A DNA stretch of 64,000 bases from Pseudomonadota bacterium (GCA_031416315.1 JANOTL010000132.1:1-64000), one strand, 5' to 3'. Shown: positions 1 through 9,804, numbered from the stretch's first letter. The notes: generated from the sequence alone by a model not told the origin. Numbers and translations are program-made.

Positions 1-138
1 CCGGCTGAGAATCGAGTTCGCTGCGAACACCTTTAGGCCAAATGTCGGGCGATGAAGCCGAGCCTCCTCGCACTTCATGCTTCACGGCCGCCCGCCACCG
101 AGCCACGTCGCGCAATCCACAGCCAAGGGGGCCAGTTC

Positions 139-1503
139 TCACTCTTTCCACGCGGCGACGACCGCGGCGTAAAGGGGCTCGAGCTCGTCGTCTTGCACCG
201 TTCGCAGGTCGAACATGACGACGTCGCGGTCCACGCGGGGCACGACAGCCGGGGTCCCGCGGCGCAAGCGCGCCAGGAAGCCCGCCGAATCCGCGAGCTT
301 CAAGGTCGTGACGCGCGTCGGGAAATCGGTCGCCGGCGCGGCGCCGCCGCCGACGATGCCGTCCGCTATGATGACGTCGGCGGCGATTCCGGCGCCTTTC
401 AGCCGTGCCTGCAGGGCTTGCGCGCGCTCCAGCATTCTCTCCTGCGGCATCTCGATCATCGACCAAGTCGGCAAAGAGCGGTGGTCGCCGTTCACGTAGT
501 ACTTCAGCACTTCCTGCAGCGCGAGCATCGTCAGGCGGCCCACGCGCATCGCACGATAGAGAGGATGCTTGGCGATTTTCTGCACTAAATCAGCGCGGCC
601 GACGATCATGCCGCTCTGCGGCCCCCCGATGAGCTTGTCGCCGGAGAACGTCGCTAGGTCCACCTCCGCGCGCATCACTTCGGCGACGGTGGGCTCTTGC
701 TCCGGGTCGTGGCCGAGCCAGCGGACGAAGCCGCCCGAACCGAGGTCGTAGGCGAAGGGGACGCCGCTCTTCTTGGCGAGCTTCGCCAACTCGCCCAAAC
801 TCGCTTCTTCCGTGTGGCCCGCGATGTAGAAATTGCTGCGATGCACCTTCAACAGGAGGCCGGTCTCGGGCGTCAGCGCTTTCTCGTAGTCGGCGACGGT
901 CGTGATGTTGGTCGTGCCGACCTCGACGAGCTTGGCGCCACTCGCGGCGAGAATGTCCGGAACGCGGAAGCCGCCGCCGATCTGCACGAGCTCGCCGCGG
1001 GAGACGATGACCTCTTTGCCGCTCGCCACGGCGGCGAGCAGCAGGAAGACCGCCGCAGCCCCGTTGTTCACGATCGCGGCGTCTTCGGCGCCGCAGATCG
1101 TCTTCAGCATCTCGCGCGCGCCGGCCGCACGCTTGCCGCGCTGGCCGGTCGCCAGATCCATCTCGAGGTTGGTGTAACCGCACGCCAGCTCGGTGACGCT
1201 CTCCATGACGGACCGAGGCAGCGGGGCGCGGCCCAAATTCGTGTGCAGCGTGATGCCGGTGGCGTTGATCACGCGGCGCAGATTCAGGTTCTCGGCGGCC
1301 GCGCGCAGGTCGCGGACGGCCTCGACCAGGACCTCGTGTCCGGGACAAGGCGCTCCGGCCAGAACCTTGCGACGCGCGTCGTCTAGAGCCTCACGGACGA
1401 GCTTGGCGCGGACGCTCTCGCTTTCCCCGGCGAAGACCTGGCGCTTGGCGGTCTCGTGGAGAAGCGTCGTCACGGAAGGCAGTTTGCGAAGCTCGTCGCT
1501 CAC
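139..1503 (-). CDS. selA: L-seryl-tRNA(Sec) selenium transferase
   Basis: Motifs RRVINATG..LHTNLGRAP, SRGELVQIGGGFR, EVGTTN and FSGDKLIGGPQSG (PLP Lys). GTG start at 1503 overlaps the upstream TGA (GTGA). Confidence 0.95.
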   Translation of the reverse strand: MSDELRKLPSVTTLLHETAKRQVFAGESESVRAKLVREALDDARRKVLAGAPCPGHEVLVEAVRDLRAAAENLNLRRVINATGITLHTNLGRAPLPRSVMESVTELACGYTNLEMDLATGQRGKRAAGAREMLKTICGAEDAAIVNNGAAAVFLLLAAVASGKEVIVSRGELVQIGGGFRVPDILAASGAKLVEVGTTNITTVADYEKALTPETGLLLKVHRSNFYIAGHTEEASLGELAKLAKKSGVPFAYDLGSGGFVRWLGHDPEQEPTVAEVMRAEVDLATFSGDKLIGGPQSGMIVGRADLVQKIAKHPLYRAMRVGRLTMLALQEVLKYYVNGDHRSLPTWSMIEMPQERMLERAQALQARLKGAGIAADVIIADGIVGGGAAPATDFPTRVTTLKLADSAGFLARLRRGTPAVVPRVDRDVVMFDLRTVQDDELEPLYAAVVAAWKE

Positions 1504-2447
1504 GGTTGGTAGTAGACCTTGATCCAATGGATGCGGGCGTCGTCGCCGCCGAACTCGATCTCCACTTCGTTCTCGGCACCGGAGGCGACGGGGTAATCGT
1601 TCACCATCCACACCTGTGTCTCAATCGCGGCGACGTTCCGCCAGGTGCCGGCATCTTGCCCGTTCACCTTGACGACACCCGACGCGGTGCCAGGGATGTA
1701 GATGCCGGCGGCGTCGCGCGGCTTCTCGTCGCCCCAGCGAATGTCGATGCGATAGACCTTCTTCGCCTTGTCGAGCTTCACCTTGTGCGACGCGTTGTTC
1801 TTGACCGCGACGGCCTTCTTACTCATCGAGTCCTCGTACTCGGGATTGTACAGGAACTCCTGGAATACTAGGCCGGGCGCGTCGGCATAGCGGACGATGA
1901 TGCTTTCCATGCCGATGGTGGTTGCCGCCGATTTCACGTCCGCATCCTCGGCATGACCGTCGCCATGGCGGAACTCGACGCGGAGCTTTCCGCCCTTCGC
2001 CTGATAAAGATCGTGCCAATTGTCGGTCTCGCCCTCGTCGATAAACTTCTTCGGCGCGATCTCGCGCTTCTCGCCGTCTTCGCCGAGCACGTAGCCGTGC
2101 GCGTACATCCCATCCTTGAAGCGCGTCTTGCCCTCATCGTTCAGTCGCTCTTTGCCGTCCTCGTCCAGCTCCTTGACCGTGTAACGACCGTCGTATTTGC
2201 AGGTGATCTGCTCGATCTGGCGCGTGGCGTCGACGGCGACCTCGAAGAAGTCGCCGTGCTGCATGCGCCGGTCGATGCGATAGGTTTTTTGCGGGTCGTT
2301 CGGGTTCTCCGACGGCGCCGGGGTCGCCTCGAGGCCGGCTTCGGTGCCGGCGAGACGCGCGCGATTGCCGTTGGCGGATTTGCAGGCCAGCGGGAGAGCC
2401 GCGAGGAGGGCCAAGCCCAAAACCGAAACGAACCGCGTGCGCATCAT
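1500..2447 (-). CDS. hypothetical lipoprotein, probably two tandem beta-sandwich domains
   Basis: Signal peptide with lipobox LPLA-C, SD-like GAGGTG, beta-rich mature part with internal similarity. Confidence 0.75.
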   Translation of the reverse strand: MMRTRFVSVLGLALLAALPLACKSANGNRARLAGTEAGLEATPAPSENPNDPQKTYRIDRRMQHGDFFEVAVDATRQIEQITCKYDGRYTVKELDEDGKERLNDEGKTRFKDGMYAHGYVLGEDGEKREIAPKKFIDEGETDNWHDLYQAKGGKLRVEFRHGDGHAEDADVKSAATTIGMESIIVRYADAPGLVFQEFLYNPEYEDSMSKKAVAVKNNASHKVKLDKAKKVYRIDIRWGDEKPRDAAGIYIPGTASGVVKVNGQDAGTWRNVAAIETQVWMVNDYPVASGAENEVEIEFGGDDARIHWIKVYYQP

Positions 2448-2645
2448 GTCACCTCATTTCCTTCATGATATCGCACTTTTCCGCGCGCGGGCGGCGGCGG
2501 CGGCGAAGGCGCTAACCCGGCGGATCTTCGGCTTCGGGCCGATGAGTTTTGCCGCTTACCCAAGCGACGCTCGTGCGCCAAGCCCGCATTTCCCCTCAGT
2601 TCGTAGGCAAAAAGTGCCGCTTACACAGGAGATGGGGAGGCTTCC

Positions 2646-4253
2646 ATGCGTAAATTGTTCGTCGTCGTCGCGTCTTTGCTCTCGCTGGCGATCCTGACGG
2701 CCGCCTATTTTTGGCTGCCGGCGCTCGCCCTCTTCCTCGTCGCCGGCCCGGTGATCGGGCTCGGCATCGCCGACATGCGGCAGACGCGCAAGACGATTCG
2801 GCGCAACTTCCCGGTGCTCGGCCACTTCCGCTACCTGCTCGAGCTCGTCCGCCCCGAGATCCAGCAGTACTTCATCGAGACGGAGACGAACGGCCGCCCG
2901 TTCAGCCGCGAGCAGCGCTCGGTCGTGTACCAGCGGGCGAAGAAGCAGACCGACACGCAGGCCTTCGGCACGCAGAGCAACGTCTACGAGATCGGCTACG
3001 AATGGGTCAACCACTCCCTGGCGCCGAAGCACGTCGACCTGGCCGCGATGCGGGTCACCGTCGGCGGCCCGCAGTGCAAAAAGCCGTACTCCGCCTCGAT
3101 CTTCAACATCTCGGCGATGAGCTACGGCTCGCTCTCGAAGAGCGCCATCCTCGCGCTCAACGGCGGGGCGAAGCTCGGCGGCTTCTACCACGATACCGGC
3201 GAGGGCGGCGTCAGCCCTTACCACGAGGGGCCGGGCGGCGACCTGGTGTGGGAGATCGGCACCGGCTATTTCGGCTGCCGCGACAAGGACGGCAACTTCG
3301 ACCCGACGATGTTCAAGGCGCGCGCGGCGAGCCCGCAGATCAAGATGCTCGAGATCAAGCTGTCGCAAGGCGCGAAGCCCGCGCACGGCGGCATCCTGCC
3401 CGCGGCGAAGCTCACCCTGGAGATCGCGAAGATCCGCGGGGTGCCCATGGGCAAAGACGTGCTGTCGCCGCCGTCGCACTCGGCGTTCTCGACCCCGGTC
3501 GAGCTGCTCGAGTTCGTCGCGAAGCTGCGCGAGCTCGGCGAAGGCAAGCCCGTCGGCTTCAAGCTCTGCGTCGGCAAGCGGCGCGAGTTCCTGGCGATCT
3601 GCAAGGCGATGTTGGAGACCGGGATCATGCCGGACTTCATCGCGGTCGACGGCGGCGAGGGCGGCACCGGCGCAGCGCCTTTGGAGTTCGCCAACGCGGT
3701 CGGCTGTCCGATGCGCGAAGGCCTGATTTTCGTCCACAACGCGCTCGTCGGCTTCGGCGTGCGCCAGCACATCAAGATCATCGTGAGCAGCAAGGTGATC
3801 ACCGGCTTCGATATCGTGAACCGACTCGCCCTCGGCGCCGACATCTGCAACTCGGCGCGCGGCATGATGATGGCCTTGGGCTGCATCCAGGCGCTGCGCT
3901 GCAACACCAACCACTGCCCGACCGGAGTCGCGACGCAGAACCCCGATCTCGTCATCGGTCTCGACGTGACCGACAAGCGCCTCCGCGTCCGCAACTACCA
4001 CCACGAGACCTTGCGTAGCGCCGCCGAAATCCTTGGCGCCATGGGCTTGAGCGGGCCGAGCGAGCTTAGGCCTTGGCACATCATGAAGCGCACCGCTTTG
4101 GTGGAGACGAAGCACTTCGGCGAGCTCTACGAGTATATCAAGGAGAACTCGCTCATCGGCTCCGATGTGCCCGCGTCCTTTGCGCGCGCCTTGGCGTCGG
4201 CGACGCCGCACACGTTCGAGCACGTCGAGATCACACGCCGGGTCGCGGCGTAG
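2646..4253 (+). CDS. FMN-binding glutamate synthase family protein
   Basis: SAMSYGSLS, DTGEGG, EIKLSQGAKPAHGG, DGGEGGTGAAP and CIQALRCNTNHCPTG Fe-S motif. N-terminal TM segments, GGAGG SD. Confidence 0.93.
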   Translation: MRKLFVVVASLLSLAILTAAYFWLPALALFLVAGPVIGLGIADMRQTRKTIRRNFPVLGHFRYLLELVRPEIQQYFIETETNGRPFSREQRSVVYQRAKKQTDTQAFGTQSNVYEIGYEWVNHSLAPKHVDLAAMRVTVGGPQCKKPYSASIFNISAMSYGSLSKSAILALNGGAKLGGFYHDTGEGGVSPYHEGPGGDLVWEIGTGYFGCRDKDGNFDPTMFKARAASPQIKMLEIKLSQGAKPAHGGILPAAKLTLEIAKIRGVPMGKDVLSPPSHSAFSTPVELLEFVAKLRELGEGKPVGFKLCVGKRREFLAICKAMLETGIMPDFIAVDGGEGGTGAAPLEFANAVGCPMREGLIFVHNALVGFGVRQHIKIIVSSKVITGFDIVNRLALGADICNSARGMMMALGCIQALRCNTNHCPTGVATQNPDLVIGLDVTDKRLRVRNYHHETLRSAAEILGAMGLSGPSELRPWHIMKRTALVETKHFGELYEYIKENSLIGSDVPASFARALASATPHTFEHVEITRRVAA

Positions 4254-4264
4254 GGCCGGAAACG

Positions 4265-4294
4265 AAAAAGTCCCGCGGCTCGCCGCGGGACTTT
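4265..4294. terminator. bidirectional intrinsic terminator
   Basis: 13-bp inverted repeat AAAGTCCCGCGGC/GCCGCGGGACTTT between convergent genes. Confidence 0.8.
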
Positions 4295-4316
4295 CCGATC
4301 GCGCTGAAGTCTTCGC

Positions 4317-5006
4317 TCAGTTGAGCGTCAGGCGCAGCGACGCGATGTTCAGACCAAAGCCGCCGTCGGTCGACTTGACCTTGTTCTCTTTGTCGTTCAT
4401 GTTCGACATCAGGTACCAGAAGCCAGCGGTGTAGTTGAGGTTTTTGGCCAGGGGGACGAGGATGTTGGCGACCAGCTTGACGTCCAGCGTGGACATGTTG
4501 GTCTTCGCTTCCGCCGTGGTGGTGGTCGTGCCGACCGTGACCGACGTGGTGGACTTGCCCGTCTCGGTGGACTGGTCGATGCTCAGGCCGGCTTCCGCGT
4601 TGACGGCGCCGAGCTTCGGATAAACCCAAGCGAAGATGCCGACGAGATTCTTGTTCGAGTCCGTCTTGGCCTCTTTCAATTTCGTCGAGCTGAGACCGAG
4701 GTTGAGACCGACTTCGATCATCTCCGAGACCGCGTAGCTGAGCGAGACCATCTTCGAGTCGACGAACGGGTACGCGTAAAAGAGGAAGCTGCCGAACTGC
4801 ACCGAGGCGTAGGACTGCGAGAGATCCGCAGTGGCCAGGCCCGAAGTGGTTTCTTTCGCTTCCGTGCCGCCATCCGGCTTCACCTTGGTCTCGGTGGTCG
4901 AATAGCTGAGGGCCGGGAGGTTGAGCGTGAGAGTCGCATCGGCGGCTGAGGCCGCCGATGCGCCGAACAGAGTGGATACCAACAGAGCCTTGAGGACAGA
5001 ACGCAT
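4317..5006 (-). CDS. putative outer-membrane beta-barrel protein
   Basis: Sec signal (ASA-A), alternating amphipathic beta-strands, AAGGAG SD. Confidence 0.7.
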   Translation of the reverse strand: MRSVLKALLVSTLFGASAASAADATLTLNLPALSYSTTETKVKPDGGTEAKETTSGLATADLSQSYASVQFGSFLFYAYPFVDSKMVSLSYAVSEMIEVGLNLGLSSTKLKEAKTDSNKNLVGIFAWVYPKLGAVNAEAGLSIDQSTETGKSTTSVTVGTTTTTAEAKTNMSTLDVKLVANILVPLAKNLNYTAGFWYLMSNMNDKENKVKSTDGGFGLNIASLRLTLN

Positions 5007-5208
5007 GGGGATCTCCTTCGCAGATGGATACTTGAGAGAGATCCTAACTCAAGAAGGCGAAACTTTACATAGCTCAAGCAAGGTTATCGTTCGTGTTTTT
5101 GCCCTTGCCCGTGCTCGCGACATGCGCACGCGCATGTCACGCATTGAATGCACGCGCGTCGCGCGCGCGCTCGACAAGGTCCGCGAAGACACTTTCCCAT
5201 CATGCGCA

Positions 5209-6078
5209 TTAATGAGTAATTTTAGCTAGTTGTGGACGAAAGTAGGCCCCGAGCGGCTCCGGCAAACGACCGGCTGCGACGTTCACTTGCACGGACGGAT
5301 ACAAGAGCCGCGGCGCGTCGAGGATCGCATCGCGCGTCGTACGGAATGCTACGAATTCAGCCTCACCGGTCGTCACGCAGAGCTGCGCGTTCGTCCGCCT
5401 TTGCTCGTCGATGGTCGCTGCATAGCGCAGGGCGCGGCCGTTCGGTTGATAGTCGTGGCAGGTATGGGCCAGCGTTTGCGGCGGCAAAAGATAGAGTTTC
5501 TCGGTCACCGAGCGGTAGAGGAGACGCGCGTCTCCGCCCGGAAAATCGCAGCGGCCGACGCCAGTGTCCGGCATGAACAGCGCGTCGCCGGTGAACACGA
5601 GGCCGTCGCCCGCGGGGAAGTGGAAGCTCGCGCAGCCTTCCGTATGACCCGGCGTGAACAGCACGCGGAACGTCAAGGTCCCGGCAGTGACCCGCTCCTC
5701 GTCGTGCAGCAAGCGATCAAACTGCGAGCCGTCCACGGCAAAGCCCGCGCCGAGCCCGAGCAAGGCCCGGAACCGCGCCTGTACCTGAGCGATGCCTGAC
5801 CCGATCGCCACCGGCGCCGTCGGATAGGCCCTTTTAAGGGCCTGCGCGCCCGACAGGTGGTCGGCGTGCGCGTGGGTCTCGAGGACCATTCTGACGACGA
5901 GGCCCGCCTCCCGGACGTGCGTGACCACTGGCGCGAGGGCCGTCTCGTTCGTCGTCAGCGCCCTAGGATCGAAGTCCAGCACGGGGTCTAGAATGACCGC
6001 ATCGCGACTCGCAGGATCGTGCACGACGTAGGTCAAGGTCGAGGTGACGCCGTCGAAGAATGCGCGGACCACCAGCAA
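5209..6078 (-). CDS. MBL-fold persulfide dioxygenase (ETHE1/Blh-like)
   Basis: ETHAHADHLS, TPGHT, FTGDALF, GRCDFPGG and CHDY motifs. TTG start after GGGAG. Confidence 0.88.
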   Translation of the reverse strand: MLVVRAFFDGVTSTLTYVVHDPASRDAVILDPVLDFDPRALTTNETALAPVVTHVREAGLVVRMVLETHAHADHLSGAQALKRAYPTAPVAIGSGIAQVQARFRALLGLGAGFAVDGSQFDRLLHDEERVTAGTLTFRVLFTPGHTEGCASFHFPAGDGLVFTGDALFMPDTGVGRCDFPGGDARLLYRSVTEKLYLLPPQTLAHTCHDYQPNGRALRYAATIDEQRRTNAQLCVTTGEAEFVAFRTTRDAILDAPRLLYPSVQVNVAAGRLPEPLGAYFRPQLAKITH

Positions 6079-6124
6079 CGCGGCACTCCCGTGTGGTAAA
6101 AAAGCCTCAACCTGGAGAGTACAA

Positions 6125-6469
6125 ATGAAACCCCGCTCCGCCAACGTCCGACGCCTGACGGACGTCGATTTCAAGCAGGTCGCCGCGGCCTCGAAGCGCC
6201 TCGTGCTGGTCGACTTCATGACGCCTGCCTGCGCGCCTTGCCATGCTTTGGCGCCGACGGTCGACGCCATCGCGGACGAGCTCGTCGGCTCGCTCGACGT
6301 CTTCGAGGTCGACACCGACGCGAGCCCGGACACCGCCGTGGACTACATGGTGCGGGGCGTTCCTACCTTGCTGATCCTGCGAGACGGCAAAACGGTCGAG
6401 CGACTCTTCGGCGCCAAAAGCCGGAAAGTGATCCTAGAGGCTGTCAGGAAACACCTTGCCAACGGCTAA
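6125..6469 (+). CDS. thioredoxin family protein
   Basis: VLVDF..PACAPC CxxC and VRGVPTL cis-Pro motif. GGAG SD. Confidence 0.88.
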   Translation: MKPRSANVRRLTDVDFKQVAAASKRLVLVDFMTPACAPCHALAPTVDAIADELVGSLDVFEVDTDASPDTAVDYMVRGVPTLLILRDGKTVERLFGAKSRKVILEAVRKHLANG

Positions 6470-6521
6470 GGCCTAGGCAGTCGGGTTCGGAAAATTATTA
6501 TTTATTTCAATATGTTAATCA

Positions 6522-6537
6522 TGGCACTCGGCTTGCT
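6522..6537 (+). promoter_or_regulatory. sigma54 -24/-12 promoter
   Basis: TGGCAC-TCGGC-TTGCT (GG-N10-GC), preceded by an AT-rich tract with IHF-like TTTCAATATGTTA. Confidence 0.75.
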
Positions 6538-6582
6538 CCATCTCTCGCAGATACCCGCGAGTTTCCCGAGGAGCCTACGCTG

Positions 6583-6915
6583 ATGAAACGCACCACGCTG
6601 CTGTCACTGCTCACCCTCTCGTTCGGTCTGACGCTCGGTGGCTGCATGAACGAGGGCGACGATCAAGACGAGAAGACCGAAAAGAAAGCCGAGGCGCCCG
6701 CCGCCCCGACGGTGCGCTCGATCACCCCGGCGAAGACGATCACGGTGGACACGATGAGCGACTTGGCCGGCACCAACGCCTTGTCCTTGGCGGACTGGTC
6801 GGCGATCCAGAACGTGACCGCCGAGCTGATCTGCGTCGAATCCAGCGACACCGATCCGACGAACCCGCCGGAACCCTGTAGCAACGACGTGGCGCGGTCG
6901 AAGCTGGGCTACTAA
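6583..6915 (+). CDS. hypothetical lipoprotein
   Basis: MKRTTLLSLL...LGG-C lipobox, GAGGAG SD. Confidence 0.75.
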   Translation: MKRTTLLSLLTLSFGLTLGGCMNEGDDQDEKTEKKAEAPAAPTVRSITPAKTITVDTMSDLAGTNALSLADWSAIQNVTAELICVESSDTDPTNPPEPCSNDVARSKLGY

Positions 6916-6924
6916 GCTGAGGCG

Positions 6925-7869
6925 ATGACCGAAGCCTCCGAAGCCGCCGATTCTTTCGTCGCGAGCTCCGTGTTCGTCCCGGTGGGACAAAGCGGGGCTC
7001 GCTTGCACCTGCGCCGGCTCCGGCCGCAGGGCAGTGCGCTCCGCGGCGCCGTCTTGATGCTCCACGGCGCGATCGAGAACGGGCGCATATTCTATAGCGA
7101 CTCGGGGAAGGGCTTGGGGCCTTTCCTCGCGCGCGCGGGCTTCGAGGTCTTCGCGGCGGATCTTCGCGGCCGCGGCCTCAGCACCCCGCGGGTCGGCCGC
7201 GGCGTCGACTTCGGGCAGACGGAGCTGATTACCGAGGATCTGCCGGCCTTGTCGAACGTTGTGCGGGACCTGTCGGACGGCGCGGCCCAGCACTGGGTCG
7301 CTCATTCCTGGGGCGGGGTCTTGGCATTCTCGGCGATCGCCCGAATTCCAGAGCTCGCGGCGCGCGTCACGTCGATGACCTGCTTCGGCACGAAGCGCAG
7401 CATCGCCGTGTCGAGTTGGGAGAAGGTCCTACGCATCGACCTCTTCTGGGACCGCGCCTTCGGCCTTGTGACGCGCGCCTTCGGCTACCTGCCGGCCCGG
7501 CGCTTGGGGATCGGCGGGGACGACGAGTCGCGCTCCACGCACGCCCATTCGGTCTGCTGGGTGAACCCGGCGAATCCCTGGGTCGACCCGGTCGACGGCT
7601 TCGACTACGCCGCCGCCATCCGGAAGGTCACGCTGCCCCGGACCCTGCATCTGACCGGGATCGCCGATCGCTACCTCGGGCATCCGCAGGACGTGCGGCG
7701 GTTCGCGCACGAATGCGGGCTGCCGCCAGATTGCGTGCGGGTGCTGTCGCTTGCGGCGGGGAATCGGCGGGACTACGACCACATCGACATTTTGACGCGA
7801 GTGGAGGCGGAGGGGGATCATTTTCCGATGGTGGCGGGGTGGATTGCGGGGACTTTCACAGGAAACTAG
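6925..7869 (+). CDS. alpha/beta fold hydrolase
   Basis: MLHG, DLRGRG, nucleophile elbow AHSWGG, C-terminal YDHIDIL. Confidence 0.85.
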   Translation: MTEASEAADSFVASSVFVPVGQSGARLHLRRLRPQGSALRGAVLMLHGAIENGRIFYSDSGKGLGPFLARAGFEVFAADLRGRGLSTPRVGRGVDFGQTELITEDLPALSNVVRDLSDGAAQHWVAHSWGGVLAFSAIARIPELAARVTSMTCFGTKRSIAVSSWEKVLRIDLFWDRAFGLVTRAFGYLPARRLGIGGDDESRSTHAHSVCWVNPANPWVDPVDGFDYAAAIRKVTLPRTLHLTGIADRYLGHPQDVRRFAHECGLPPDCVRVLSLAAGNRRDYDHIDILTRVEAEGDHFPMVAGWIAGTFTGN

Positions 7870-8992
7870 CCCCCCCGCACCACTCCCGAAAAGGCCCCCG
7901 AATCGCCACCGTCAACCCGTCCCACTGCAGGTTCGCGAATAAAGTCTCGCCGTCCGGCGAGAAGCACAGACCGGCGATCTCCGAGCTCGAGGCCAGGTTC
8001 TTCGCGAACGGCACGACGTCGCCCGTCGCGCTCACGAGGCGGATGAACTGCTCGCCGCCGCCGTCCTCGGCGATGAACACGTCGCCCCACGGCGAGATCG
8101 TTAGGTTGTCGGGCATGTCGAGCGCCGCGGCGTCGGTCGATTCGGCGACGAGCCTCAGGGTCTGCGCGTCGACGTCGTGGCAGAAAATCTGACCGCGCCC
8201 GGCGGCGCCGCCGCTCGTGGCGGTGAAGTAGACGCGGCTCTGGAACTGCCAGAGCCCCTCGCCGCGACGGAAGACGCAGGCACCGCGATCCGCAGCTTTC
8301 GCCCGCAGCACGTCGCGGTCTTGATCGACGTCGTCGAGGTCGACCCAGGTGACGTCGACCGTCTCACCGAGCTCGGGGAATCGGGCGGAGGCCATGGCTT
8401 GCAGGCTGCCGACGAAGGGCGCGGCGAGGTCGCGAGGGACGAAGCGGTAGAACGCCGAGTCGGCGCGATCCTCGGTCAGGTACGCGATCAAAGTCGCGGG
8501 ATCGACCGTGGCGGCCTCGTGATTGAAGTGGCCGTAGCTCGGGATCCGCTGTGTGGCGCCGGTCTCCGGATCGCAGAGGTAGACGTAGCCGCAATCGTCG
8601 GAGAAGGCCTCCTCGCAGCTCAACCAGCCCCACGGCGAGAGGCCGCCGGCGCAGTTGCGCTCGGTTCCCGTCAAGATGCGGTCGACGCTCTTGACTGCAA
8701 GCGTCGCTGGGTCGACCAGGAGGCGCGAGACGCCGCCGAGCGGCCTCTGCACCTCGTGGTTGCGCATCAAGGCCAAAAGGCCGTCAGAGCGCAAAAAGCA
8801 GCCCATCCCGTCAGGGGCGTCCGCGCCGCGGTCGAGCACCACGACCTCGAAGCCCTCGGGGACGGCGAGGGGCGCATCGCTCGGAACGACCCAGGTCGCC
8901 GTCGCGCGGCGAGCGCCGAAGATGGAGCCGAAAGCACCAGCCGCTGCAAGCTGGGCGCCCGTTCGAATCAGTTGCCGGCGATGGATTGGCAT
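7856..8992 (-). CDS. PhoX-family (DUF839) alkaline phosphatase, Tat-exported
   Basis: Twin-Arg signal HRRQLI. Motifs RNHE, NCAGG, WLSCEE, FNHEA, PDNL, EDG and FSPDG.TLF.N.Q. Confidence 0.85.
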   Translation of the reverse strand: MPIHRRQLIRTGAQLAAAGAFGSIFGARRATATWVVPSDAPLAVPEGFEVVVLDRGADAPDGMGCFLRSDGLLALMRNHEVQRPLGGVSRLLVDPATLAVKSVDRILTGTERNCAGGLSPWGWLSCEEAFSDDCGYVYLCDPETGATQRIPSYGHFNHEAATVDPATLIAYLTEDRADSAFYRFVPRDLAAPFVGSLQAMASARFPELGETVDVTWVDLDDVDQDRDVLRAKAADRGACVFRRGEGLWQFQSRVYFTATSGGAAGRGQIFCHDVDAQTLRLVAESTDAAALDMPDNLTISPWGDVFIAEDGGGEQFIRLVSATGDVVPFAKNLASSSEIAGLCFSPDGETLFANLQWDGLTVAIRGPFREWCGGASFL

Positions 8993-9063
8993 GGCTCGAG
9001 CGTGCCGTAGGCAGGTTAACGGATCGTGTGTGCCAGGTTAACTTCTCGTGATAACTTGCGCCG

Positions 9064-9747
9064 GTGCTTGCCTCACTTCTACAGCTGCCGCGTTTACTGA
9101 CGGTTTGTCAGAAGTACAAGCCCTATGGGGCGACTCCCGCGAAACCCCAGTACACGATGATTCCGCGGCGCGCTTATCTCGCCAACCTTCTGGCGGCGCA
9201 TGCGATGCGGGACGTCCCGGGCTGCGTCGTCGAGTGCGGCGTGTGGCGCGGCGGCATGATCGCCGGGATCGCGGAGGTGCTGGGACCGTCGCGGAGCTAC
9301 CACCTCTTCGACAGTTTCGAGGGCCTGCCGCCGGCCCAGGAGCTCGACGGCGCCAGCGCCGCGGCCTATCAGGCGGAGAAGGACTCGCCGCGGTACCTCG
9401 ACAACTGCCGGGCGGAAGAGGGCTTTGCCCGCCGCGCGATGGAGATGTCGGGCGCGAAGGGCTTCGTGCTGCACAAGGGTTGGTTCGCCGATACGCTGCC
9501 GCCTTTCAAGCCGGACACGAAGATCGCGCTCTTGCGACTGGATGGCGATTGGTACGAGTCGACGATGACGGCGCTGACGGCGCTCTGGGATCATTTGGAT
9601 CCGCGGGCGCTGATTTTGGTGGATGATTATTACACTTGGGAAGGCTGCTCGCGGGCGGTGCATGATTTTTTGTCGCGAAAAAAGTCCACGGCGTATGTCG
9701 ACCGACTCTACGGACAGGTTGCGGCGATTCGTTTCCGTCCGACCTGA
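9064..9747 (+). CDS. TylF/MycF/NovP-family O-methyltransferase
   Basis: VECGVWRGG, LFDSFEGLP, KGWF.DTLP, LRLDGDWYEST and DDY motifs. Confidence 0.9.
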   Translation: MLASLLQLPRLLTVCQKYKPYGATPAKPQYTMIPRRAYLANLLAAHAMRDVPGCVVECGVWRGGMIAGIAEVLGPSRSYHLFDSFEGLPPAQELDGASAAAYQAEKDSPRYLDNCRAEEGFARRAMEMSGAKGFVLHKGWFADTLPPFKPDTKIALLRLDGDWYESTMTALTALWDHLDPRALILVDDYYTWEGCSRAVHDFLSRKKSTAYVDRLYGQVAAIRFRPT

Positions 9748-9804
9748 CGTTCCTTCCGCGCCCAGTCCCGCCGTCGCGATGTGCTATGGCGGGATTGCAT
9801 GAGC

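Noticed and set aside
1..138. tRNA-Sec (selC) downstream of selA
   Set aside because: No UCA anticodon arm, T-loop or acceptor stem on either strand. Only a short ATGAAG/CTTCAT inverted repeat is present.
2556..4223. Long antisense or alternate-frame ORFs (also 17427-19367, 33555-35477, 42935-44668, 46100-48073)
   Set aside because: Typical high-GC shadow ORFs opposite or overlapping well-supported genes, with no motifs.
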